From Escherichia phage LH01: DNA of 64,000 bases. How positions within the stretch are numbered: position 1 is the stretch's first letter; every line of letters begins with the position of its first letter. The stretch lies in sequence record PP434429. The stretch is one strand, 5' to 3'. The notes under the pieces were generated by a model. It was not told where the DNA came from. It ran no database searches and saw nothing but the letters and a program-made list of their open reading frames with translations. The translations under genes were made by a program, and so were the position numbers. Shown here one piece after another: positions 56,501 through 64,000 of the stretch.

Positions 56501-56658
56501 AACTTCCATCGGAACGACGTAAACTGATGAGCCCATTATTTGATGCGTCCGGAACAACATTCTCTAGATTTAGAGATTTGGTTGAACAACGGTTAATCGA
56601 TAATGTAGGAAATCCAAGAGACCCCGTGAATCCACCACAGGTTAAATTAGATGAATGA
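53560..56658 (+). CDS. 7: Baseplate wedge protein gp7
   Basis: 1032 aa, same length as T4 gp7; synteny 6-7-8. Confidence 0.9.
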   Translation: MTVKAPAVTSLRISKLSANQVQIRWDDVGANFYYFVEIAETKTADGEIIPPASYRWINLGYTPNSNWFESSLDPLTSYIIRVSTAAEGFERSDWVYTEIFESFQTNAYTFQHMIEMQLANTFIREKFTNNNMAYVDFNNDTIMAALMNESFQFSPAYADISSIKNFIIGENEYHEIQGSIQQVCHDINRVYLMESEGILYLFERYQPVVKVSNDKGQTWKSVKLFNDRVGYPVSRTVYYQTGYTTYVLGYDKLFYGRKSTDVRWSADDVRFSSQDITFAKIGDQLNLGFDVEIFGNYASLPANVSRIAEAIVCNDDYVYVAARDKVRFIKTSNAPIDSDPLSPTYSERLFEQETFNITGNPKAVCYKMDSVGGKIFALIIGEVVNLNDDPRTTPIVDSADKGVYVLDHDAGTFKRVFGNTEEERRRIEPGYTSMSTDGVELSISSSNFKFLESDIVDDPKTQIKYGLIGAVKYEYPREWLADKHYHMMAFISTEDSQWESFTPQPMEYYAEPFFSYSRKSGTRCWINNSDKAVVIYSDLLYTKVIENHPLSSSDREVHEYWKDGDCTIVMPNVDFTGFKKYASGMIFYKSSGEIISYYDFSYRVRDNVSIIWKPTNIFLTASLQNQEKDTTWTPVEENGIADPDLRPLLTTMMPESYLLDNTNFEAFCEAYIQYLSDGYGTHYNNLLNLIKNQYPREEHAWEYLWSEIYKRNIYLNAEKRDLVSRFFESRSYDFYSTKGTEASYKFLFKVLYNEDVEIEIESSSGTEYDIIIESDSLTEDLVGQTIYTATGRCNVTYIERSYSKGKLQWTVTIHNLLGRLIQGQEVKAERLPGFEGEIVRGIKGKELSQNNIDYINRGRAYYVMKIKSKLPSSRWKSDVLRFVHPVGFGFIAITLLTMFINTGLTLKHVETIINKYKNYKWDSGLPTKYADRVAKLDPQGNVEFDPITGKAIYEIGPMAGQDYPLPEDYNAENNNSIFQGQLPSERRKLMSPLFDASGTTFSRFRDLVEQRLIDNVGNPRDPVNPPQVKLDE

Positions 56659-57655
56659 TTCAAGTGTTATCTATCGTGCAATAGTTACATCAAAATTTAG
56701 AACAGAGAAAATGCTGAATTTTTATAATTCAGTTGGGGATGGAGATGATAAGAACTCCATTTATATTACGTTTGGACGTTCAGAGCCTTGGGCGTCAAAT
56801 GAAAATGAGGTGGGCTTCGCCCCACCTTATCCTACAGATTCTGTTCTTGGTGTTACTGATATGTGGACCCATATGATGGGTACCGTTAAAGTTTTACCTT
56901 CAATGTTAGATTCTGTTATTCCTAGACGTGATTGGGGAGATGTGCGATATCCAGACCCTTACACGTTTAGAATTAACGATATAGTCGCATGTAATACTGC
57001 TCCGTACAACGCGACAGAAGTTGGAGCCGGTTGGTTAATTTACCGTTGTTTAGATGTCCCTGACGTAGGGCTCTGTTCAATAGAATCTTTAGATAATAAA
57101 GATGAATGTCTTAAATTGGGTGGTAAATGGACCCCGTCTGTTCGTTCTATGTCTCCTCCTGAAGGTAGAGGCGATGCTAATGGGGTTATCGAAACCGGTG
57201 ATGGATATATTTGGGAATATCTTTATGAGATTCCTGCCGATGTGTCAATTAACCGTTGCACTAATGAATATCTTGTAGTTCCATGGCCGGAAGAAATTAA
57301 AGAAGACCCCACCCGTTGGGGATATGAAAATAACTTAACTTGGCAACAAGATGACTACGGTTTGATTTATCGTGTTAAAGCCAATACGATGCGGTTTAAA
57401 GCATATTTTGATTCTGTTTATTTCCCTGAGGCAGCTTTGCCTGGTAACAAGGGTTTTAGACAGATATCAATTATCGCAAACCCATTAGAAGCTAAGAAAA
57501 ATCCAAATGACCCTAATGTTAAAGCAGAAAAGGATTATTACGACCCTAGAGACCTGCAACGTCATTCTGGTGAAATGATTTATATGGAAAACCGACCACC
57601 TGTTATTATGGCAATGGACCAAACAGAAGAAATTAACATTTTGTTTATGTTTTAA
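56651..57655 (+). CDS. 8: Baseplate wedge protein gp8
   Basis: 334 aa, same length as T4 gp8; synteny. Confidence 0.9.
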   Translation: MNDSSVIYRAIVTSKFRTEKMLNFYNSVGDGDDKNSIYITFGRSEPWASNENEVGFAPPYPTDSVLGVTDMWTHMMGTVKVLPSMLDSVIPRRDWGDVRYPDPYTFRINDIVACNTAPYNATEVGAGWLIYRCLDVPDVGLCSIESLDNKDECLKLGGKWTPSVRSMSPPEGRGDANGVIETGDGYIWEYLYEIPADVSINRCTNEYLVVPWPEEIKEDPTRWGYENNLTWQQDDYGLIYRVKANTMRFKAYFDSVYFPEAALPGNKGFRQISIIANPLEAKKNPNDPNVKAEKDYYDPRDLQRHSGEMIYMENRPPVIMAMDQTEEINILFMF

Positions 57656-57658
57656 TTA

Positions 57659-57683
57659 GGGAGCCTTCGGGCTCCCATTTTTG
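57659..57683 (+). terminator. Intrinsic terminator after gene 8 (GGGAGCC-UUCG-GGCUCCC then AUUUUUG)
   Basis: Perfect 7-bp GC-rich stem with UUCG loop followed by a T-tract, 4 nt after the gp8 stop. Confidence 0.6.
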
Positions 57684-57687
57684 TATC

Positions 57688-57695
57688 TATAAATA
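57688..57695 (+). promoter_or_regulatory. Late promoter TATAAATA for gene 9
   Basis: Exact octamer ~33 nt upstream of the gene 9 start, just after the terminator. Confidence 0.55.
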
Positions 57696-57727
57696 GAATA
57701 TAATATTGGACAACAAAAGGCAGAATT

Positions 57728-58600
57728 ATGGCATTTTTTAAGCAAACTCCTAAACAATTAATCGATACCGGCGAAATTGGTAATGCCTCAACAGGTGATA
57801 TCTTATTCGACGGTGGTAATAAAATAAATGACGATATCAACGCTATTTACAATGCATTTGGCGATCAACGTAAAATGGCTGTAGCAGATGGAACCGGACC
57901 TACAGGTCAAACTATTCATGCCACAGGTTATTATCAAAAAGGAAAGGCGGCTGATTATCAAACTCCTATTAAACCAGGCACTATGCATGATATTGATGCT
58001 TCTGATGGCGGTGTGATTGTTATTATTGACCGTCCTGAATTAGGTGACTCTGTAGAATTCATAAACTCTAATGGGTCTATTTCTGTTAACAATCCTTTAA
58101 GTATCCAAGTAACCGATGGTTCGATTAAAGGTGTTCTTAATAATCTTGTTATTTCCACCCCTTATACCCATGTTGTTCTTCGTTGTGTTGAACTTAATGG
58201 GCCAACTTCAGTATGGAATTATTCTACTGATAGCATGTTTGGACAGAAAGAATCTCCTGTTGATGGGACTTGGAGTCTTACAGGAAACACAGTTTCTATT
58301 CCTCTGTTTTATCGCACGGATTATAACATGGCTAAATTGCTTGTTACATGCCAATCCGCCGACGGTAGAAAAATAAAAACATGCGAAATAAATATTCTAA
58401 TAGATACAATTAACTCAGAAGTTCTTTCTACCGAATTTGCAGTAATGCGAGTTGGTAATGTAGATGAAACCGACGAGATTGCTAATATTAGCTTTAGTAT
58501 TATTAACAACTTTGCTACTATGACGATTACATCCGATATTATTGGATTACGTTCAGCAGTTAAAATTATCTCAACTCAAAAAATTGGGGTCGCTCAATAA
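57728..58600 (+). CDS. 9: Baseplate protein gp9 (long tail fibre attachment)
   Basis: 290 aa (T4 gp9 is 288 aa); N-terminus MAFFKQTPKQLIDTGEIGNASTGDILFDGGNKINDDINAIYNAFGD. Confidence 0.85.
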   Translation: MAFFKQTPKQLIDTGEIGNASTGDILFDGGNKINDDINAIYNAFGDQRKMAVADGTGPTGQTIHATGYYQKGKAADYQTPIKPGTMHDIDASDGGVIVIIDRPELGDSVEFINSNGSISVNNPLSIQVTDGSIKGVLNNLVISTPYTHVVLRCVELNGPTSVWNYSTDSMFGQKESPVDGTWSLTGNTVSIPLFYRTDYNMAKLLVTCQSADGRKIKTCEINILIDTINSEVLSTEFAVMRVGNVDETDEIANISFSIINNFATMTITSDIIGLRSAVKIISTQKIGVAQ

Positions 58601-60405
58601 TGAAACAAAATATTAAAATTGGTAACGTCGTTGATGACGGACAAGGCGATTACCTTCGTCGAGGTGGTGAAAAGATAAATGAGAACTTTGACGAAATCTA
58701 TTATGAATTAGGTGACGGTGAAGTTCCTTATGCCGCTGGTGCATGGAAGACCTATGATGCGGCAGATGGTCTTAATCTTAAGGCTGCTTGGGGTAAATCT
58801 TATGCAATTAACACTACTTCTGGGCGAGTTTCGGTAAATCTTCCTAAAGGGACAATTGCAGACTATAATAAAGTTATTCGTGCTCGTGACGTATTTGCAA
58901 CTTGGAACATCAACCCTGTTACTTTAATTCCGGCAAACGGAGATACGATTAAAGGTTCTTCATCTCCGGTAGAAATTAACGTTCAGTTCTCTGATTTAGA
59001 ATTAGTTTATTGTGCTCCTGGACGTTGGGAATACATCAAGAACAAACAAATTGACAAAATAGTTAGCTCTGACATTAGTAACGTTGCTCGTAGAGAATAT
59101 CTGGTTGAAACCCAAGGCCAGACTGATTTCATGGATGTTTTTAATGGAACCTCTTATAACGTTAACAATATTCGCGTAAAACATCGTGGCAACGAATTGT
59201 ATTATGGTGATGTATTCAGTGATAATAGTGATTTTGGTTCCCCAGGCGCTAATCCTGGTGAACTGGTTGCACTTGACGGATTTAATATTAGATTACGCCA
59301 ACCATGTAATGTTGGGGACACTGTACAAATTGAGACATTCCTAGATGGTGTTTCTCAGTGGCGTAGTTCATATACTCGTCGCCAAGTTCGCATTTTAGAT
59401 AGTAAATTGACTGCTAAAAAGTCTATTGACGGAAGTATTTACGTCACCGATTTGAGTACGTTCCGGTCTATTCCATTTACAGCATTTGGTATTAATCCTA
59501 CAGAACCGCCTAACCCGAATTCATTAGAAGTTCGCTTCAACGGTATTCTCCAAGAATTAGCTGGTACTGTTGGAACTCCTATTTTCCGTTGTGAAGGTGT
59601 GGATGCTGATTCTGAAGAGTCATGCGCTAATCTCGGTGGGACATGGACTCAATCATATACAGATTATGCGATTGAATATACTGATAATATCCCTAGCGCA
59701 ATTCTGTTTGACCGTCAATTTGAAGACCAAGACATTATTACCATCACATGGTTTAATAACGATTTAGGAACTCTTCTCGAAATGGAAGAAATCCTTGATG
59801 TCGCTGATGAGAAATATGTTTCTCAAGGGTCTAACATTGAAATTACTGGTGACGTTGCATTAACCGATTTCGATAAAATTGGATGGCCTAATGTAGAACC
59901 TGTTCCTAAGTATGAACGTGAATTCTCGACTATCTCAGCAATATTTGATACAATTTATCCTGTCGGGACTATTTACGAAAATGCGGTTAACCCTAATAAT
60001 CCGGCCACTTATTTAGGTTTTGGTTCGTGGAAAATTTGGGGACAAGGCAAAGTATTAGCAGGTTGGAATGATGACGCGTCGGATCCTAATTTTGCATTAA
60101 ATAATAATGACCTTGACATCAATGGTAACCCTACTCATACCGCAGGTGGTACTGTTGGTGTAACAACCATCACATTAGAAAATGCTGATTTACCAGCTAC
60201 ACAAACCGATGAAAAGGTTCTTATTTCTGATGATAATGGTACAGTAATTATAGGCGGTTGTCAATATGACCCAGATGCAGAAGGTCCTATTTACACTAAA
60301 TATCGTGAAGACCATGCAAAGACTAATGGATCTCATGTTCCAGCACGTTCTATAACTAATATTCAGCCATCTATAACTGTATACCGTTGGGTAAGGATTG
60401 CATAA
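58600..60405 (+). CDS. 10: Baseplate wedge protein gp10
   Basis: 601 aa (T4 gp10 is 602 aa); synteny 9-10-11. Confidence 0.9.
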   Translation: MKQNIKIGNVVDDGQGDYLRRGGEKINENFDEIYYELGDGEVPYAAGAWKTYDAADGLNLKAAWGKSYAINTTSGRVSVNLPKGTIADYNKVIRARDVFATWNINPVTLIPANGDTIKGSSSPVEINVQFSDLELVYCAPGRWEYIKNKQIDKIVSSDISNVARREYLVETQGQTDFMDVFNGTSYNVNNIRVKHRGNELYYGDVFSDNSDFGSPGANPGELVALDGFNIRLRQPCNVGDTVQIETFLDGVSQWRSSYTRRQVRILDSKLTAKKSIDGSIYVTDLSTFRSIPFTAFGINPTEPPNPNSLEVRFNGILQELAGTVGTPIFRCEGVDADSEESCANLGGTWTQSYTDYAIEYTDNIPSAILFDRQFEDQDIITITWFNNDLGTLLEMEEILDVADEKYVSQGSNIEITGDVALTDFDKIGWPNVEPVPKYEREFSTISAIFDTIYPVGTIYENAVNPNNPATYLGFGSWKIWGQGKVLAGWNDDASDPNFALNNNDLDINGNPTHTAGGTVGVTTITLENADLPATQTDEKVLISDDNGTVIIGGCQYDPDAEGPIYTKYREDHAKTNGSHVPARSITNIQPSITVYRWVRIA

Positions 60406-61064
60406 TGACTGTACTTAATACAAAGGCGGGAGTTATTTCCCGTCATGCTGATTTTTTGAATTACAGAAAAAATCCAGCTCAAATCGATGTTTTAAACAAC
60501 CAAGCTGTAGGTTCCGTGACTATTTCTCAGTTAGCTCGCGGTTTTTATGATGCTAACGTAGAATCTGCAATAAATGATGTCCATAATATGGCACGAGCTG
60601 ATATTGGTACTGTTGTCACAAACACTTCAGGCGTATCGCCTGAAGGTGCAGCACAAGTTGATTATTGGACTTTTTCCGGTGATGTTCTCGACGATACTTT
60701 GGACACTGGAACGCCAGTCGTTATTAACGTATTTGGACTTGCCGTTAAAGCAACAATCGGTATGACTGATAACGAATTAACGGCACAAGTTCGTATAGCT
60801 TTACAAGAGGCCATTGCTAATCAAATCGCTATTTCTTCTTATAAAGACCATCCAACTGAAGGTAATAAACTTCAGGTGACATATTTAGATAACCAACGTC
60901 ATGTGTTGCCAACATATGCTTCGTTTGGTGTAACAATTTCGCAAGAAATTTTGTCTGAAGCAAAATCCGGATACGGAACATGGAATTTATTGGGTGCCCA
61001 AACGGTTACTCTTGATAACCATGATACTCCTACCGTTTTCTACCACTTTGTGAGAGCCTCATGA
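60405..61064 (+). CDS. 11: Baseplate wedge protein gp11 (short tail fibre interface)
   Basis: Start at [18 protein letters not shown]; ATG overlaps the gp10 stop; matches T4 gp11. Confidence 0.85.
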   Translation: MTVLNTKAGVISRHADFLNYRKNPAQIDVLNNQAVGSVTISQLARGFYDANVESAINDVHNMARADIGTVVTNTSGVSPEGAAQVDYWTFSGDVLDDTLDTGTPVVINVFGLAVKATIGMTDNELTAQVRIALQEAIANQIAISSYKDHPTEGNKLQVTYLDNQRHVLPTYASFGVTISQEILSEAKSGYGTWNLLGAQTVTLDNHDTPTVFYHFVRAS

Positions 61065-62644
61065 GTAATAACAATACATACCAACACGTTTCAAACGAAT
61101 CCATTTACGTTGAATTCGACCCTACGGGGTCGAATTTTCCAGATACAGTCACTAATGTCCAAGCCGCATTAGCTGCTATTTCTCCTTCAGGTGTTAATGG
61201 TGTACCGGAAGCAACAACTACTACACCAGGAATTATTCAAATAGCTACTCCACAAGAAGTTATTGATGGATTAGATAATAATAAAGCTGTTACTCCGGCA
61301 TCACTGAATGCTCGTCTACAATATCCTAATGCAACCGAAACTCAATATGGCTTAACTCGTTATGCTACTGAAGATGAAGCAGTAACCGGAACTATTGACG
61401 ATGCATCAATTACTCCGCTTAAATTGAATCAAAAAATAGACAATGTATTTCAGACAAAAGTGTCAACAGAAGCAACAAATGGTGTAATTAAAATTTCAAC
61501 TTCTGCTGCGGCATTAGCTGGTTCTGACGATACAACAGCAATGACTCCGTTAAAAACGCAACAATTAGCAATTAAACTTATTTCACAAATTGCTCCAAAT
61601 AATAGCGACGCCACCGAATCTATTACCGGTGTTGTTCGTTTGGCTACAGTTGCTCAAGCACAACAAGGCACCCTGCGTGAAGGCTATGCAATTTCACCTT
61701 ATACCTTTATGAATTCAGTAGCATCAGAAACTAATAAAGGTGTCGTTAAACTAGGGACACAGACTGAAGTAAATAGTAACAACTCTTCAGCTGTAGTGAC
61801 CGGCGCAACATTAAACGGGCGTGGGGCTACAACTTCTTTACGTGGAGTTGTTCGTTTAACTACACAAGCGGGTAGCCAATCAGGCGGTGATGGTTCTTCT
61901 GCCCTTGCTTGGAATGCTGATGTTATCCACCAACGAGGCGGACAAACTATTAATGGCACGCTTCGCATTAATAATACGTTGACGGTTGGTTCTGGTGGCG
62001 CTAATATAACCGGTAATGTCAATATGACCGGTGGTTATATTCAAGGCAATCGTATTGTGACTCAAAATGAATTAGACCGAATTCTTCCAGTTGGCGCTAT
62101 TACAATGTGGGCTGCAGATAGTTTACCGAGTTCTGACTGGCGTTTCTGCCACGGTGGGACCGTTTCTGCTTCAGAATGTCCAGTATATGCTTCCAGAATT
62201 GGGACACGATATGGTGGTAGTTCTTCTAACCCAGGCTTGCCTGATATGCGTGGATTATTTGTTCGCGGCTCAGGCCGTGGTAACCATTTAACTAACCCTA
62301 ATGTTAATGGTAATGACCAATTCGGTAAGCCTAGATTAGGTGTAGGTTGTACTGGTGGATATGTTGGTGAAGTACAGAAACAACAGATGTCATATCATAA
62401 GCATGCTGGCGGTTTTGGTGAGCATGATGATTCTGGAGCATTCGGTAATACCCGTAGATCAAATTTTGTTGGTACACGTAAAGGACTTGACTGGGATAAC
62501 CGTTCATACTTCACCAATGACGGATATGAAATTGACCCGGCATCACAACGAAATTCCAAATATACATTAAATCGTCCTGAATTAATTGGAAATGAAACAC
62601 GTCCATGGAACATTTCTTTAAACTATATCATTAAGGTAAAATAA
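61061..62644 (+). CDS. 12: Short tail fibre protein gp12
   Basis: 527 aa, same length as T4 gp12; N-terminus [21 protein letters not shown] and C-terminal receptor-binding region. Confidence 0.9.
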   Translation: MSNNNTYQHVSNESIYVEFDPTGSNFPDTVTNVQAALAAISPSGVNGVPEATTTTPGIIQIATPQEVIDGLDNNKAVTPASLNARLQYPNATETQYGLTRYATEDEAVTGTIDDASITPLKLNQKIDNVFQTKVSTEATNGVIKISTSAAALAGSDDTTAMTPLKTQQLAIKLISQIAPNNSDATESITGVVRLATVAQAQQGTLREGYAISPYTFMNSVASETNKGVVKLGTQTEVNSNNSSAVVTGATLNGRGATTSLRGVVRLTTQAGSQSGGDGSSALAWNADVIHQRGGQTINGTLRINNTLTVGSGGANITGNVNMTGGYIQGNRIVTQNELDRILPVGAITMWAADSLPSSDWRFCHGGTVSASECPVYASRIGTRYGGSSSNPGLPDMRGLFVRGSGRGNHLTNPNVNGNDQFGKPRLGVGCTGGYVGEVQKQQMSYHKHAGGFGEHDDSGAFGNTRRSNFVGTRKGLDWDNRSYFTNDGYEIDPASQRNSKYTLNRPELIGNETRPWNISLNYIIKVK

Positions 62645-64000
62645 TGGCTGATATAACTCTGGTAGATTTACCATATGTTGACGGCCCGCCAGACGCGGGT
62701 CAGAGTCGTATTGAATGGATTAAAAACGATGAAGAAATAACAGGTGCTGACACAAAATACGGTTCTGAAGGTGTAATGAACCGTCCTATTGTTGAAGTTC
62801 AACGTAACGTAGAAGCGTTAGATGTTAATATTAAAACTATAGCATCTTCTTTGAATACGGCCAATGAAGATATCAAAGTTATTCAAGGTATTTTAGATGT
62901 TTCTGGGGATGTTGATGCTCTTGCACAGATAGGCCAGAACACCCAAGATATTGATGTCATTAAAGTCACAGTTCAAACCCATGCTAGTGAATTGAATGAT
63001 TTGAATGAACATATTGATGCGAATACTGATGATATTGGTGTTTATAATCAGGAAAAAGATTCAGTTTATAGAACGGTTCGTAACGACCTGCTTTGGATTA
63101 AAAATGAATTAGGACAATATACTGGTCAAGATATTAATGGGGTTCCTACTCCAGGAAATGATAGCACTGGTATGAAACGCCGTATTATGACTAATAGCTC
63201 CGTAATTGTTGACCATGGTGTTCGATTAACTGATCTAGAAACTAAATTTGCTGATTCTGACGTCGGCTCTTTAACTACTGAAGTCGAACACTTGCGCGAA
63301 GAAATGGGACCTCGCACTTCTTTCACTACTCCAGTGTTTAGTCGTCTTTCCGATATTGATTTAACTTTGTCGCGTCAAAATGCTGACTTGGATGGCATTA
63401 AACAGTCTATTGGGTATCCTAATACGACTTCTATTATTACTACAACTAATGCGAATAGTTCAGCAATAAACGACATTAATCTTGAGCTCAATCAATCAGG
63501 TGGTATTAAACCTCGTTTGACTACAGTAGAAACTGCCATTGGCGCTGATGATTTGCCTACTACAATCCAAGGACGTATTAAACTCAATACTGATGCTATC
63601 GGAGCATTGAACACTGTTGTCGGCTCTGATTCTTCGTCAGGACTGCGTTTTAATGTGTCATGGTTAAATAACGTAGTTGGTGTTGACGCTTCAGGTGGGA
63701 AACCGGAACCAGACGGCTCTCTGCTTTATCGTACTCGAGAGCTTGAAGGAACTATCAGTGGGATGAGTAATGACATTCAGAACATTCAAACTGATGTTGG
63801 GACTAATTCCACAGGAATTAAGGGTTCTGTAAACACATTAAATACTCTTATAAATGGCACCAACCCAAATGGTTCGACTGTTGAAGAACGCGGTATATTG
63901 CCTACAGTTAAAAGCCATGATATGACAATTAATGGTTTAACTTCTAGAATTGCTACTCTTGAAACTGATTTGGCCGCTGCAGAAGCTGAAATCCAAACTC
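62644..64000 (+). CDS. wac: Fibritin (whisker protein), N-terminal part; continues beyond window end
   Basis: Translation [43 protein letters not shown]... matches T4 fibritin; ATG overlaps the gp12 stop. Confidence 0.85.
   Translation, partial: MADITLVDLPYVDGPPDAGQSRIEWIKNDEEITGADTKYGSEGVMNRPIVEVQRNVEALDVNIKTIASSLNTANEDIKVIQGILDVSGDVDALAQIGQNTQDIDVIKVTVQTHASELNDLNEHIDANTDDIGVYNQEKDSVYRTVRNDLLWIKNELGQYTGQDINGVPTPGNDSTGMKRRIMTNSSVIVDHGVRLTDLETKFADSDVGSLTTEVEHLREEMGPRTSFTTPVFSRLSDIDLTLSRQNADLDGIKQSIGYPNTTSIITTTNANSSAINDINLELNQSGGIKPRLTTVETAIGADDLPTTIQGRIKLNTDAIGALNTVVGSDSSSGLRFNVSWLNNVVGVDASGGKPEPDGSLLYRTRELEGTISGMSNDIQNIQTDVGTNSTGIKGSVNTLNTLINGTNPNGSTVEERGILPTVKSHDMTINGLTSRIATLETDLAAAEAEIQT

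Overview
This window is a T4-like myovirus (Tevenvirinae) genome segment. The N-terminal ~479 codons of the gene 43 DNA polymerase match, from memory, the RB69 (Mosigvirus) polymerase almost residue for residue, so the window is most likely RB69 or a very close relative; that identity needs a database search to confirm. Positions 1-48400 are transcribed on the minus strand: gene 43 (partial), regA, 62, 44, 45, rpbA, 46, 47, 55, nrdH-like, nrdG, nrdD, 49, nrdC, a long accessory region of small and unknown genes, tk, regB, a GrcA-like gene, denV, e, nudE, internal-protein genes, two tRNAs, 57A, 1, 3, 2 and 4. Positions 48400-64000 are the plus-strand baseplate/tail-fiber block 53, 5, 5.1, 5.4 (PAAR), 6, 7, 8, 9, 10, 11, 12 and the start of wac. 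The accessory regions (about 16-32 kb and 34-45 kb) hold the candidates for novelty: a P-loop ATPase next to a nucleotidyltransferase-fold protein, three tandem ~320-aa coiled-coil proteins, a macro-domain-like protein beside a secreted lytic transglycosylase, several small paralogue families with conserved C-terminal motifs, five genes carrying a T4-type capsid-targeting N-terminus, and a 2H-phosphoesterase-like reading frame with no canonical start codon at the position T4 gene 57B occupies. Many intergenic regions carry a recurring early-promoter-like cassette embedded in a palindrome. CDS coordinates come from the supplied ORF track (start codons re-chosen where homology or a ribosome-binding site indicated); coordinates of RNA, promoter and hairpin features were counted by hand and may be off by 1-3 nt. 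No searches or folding programs were run.
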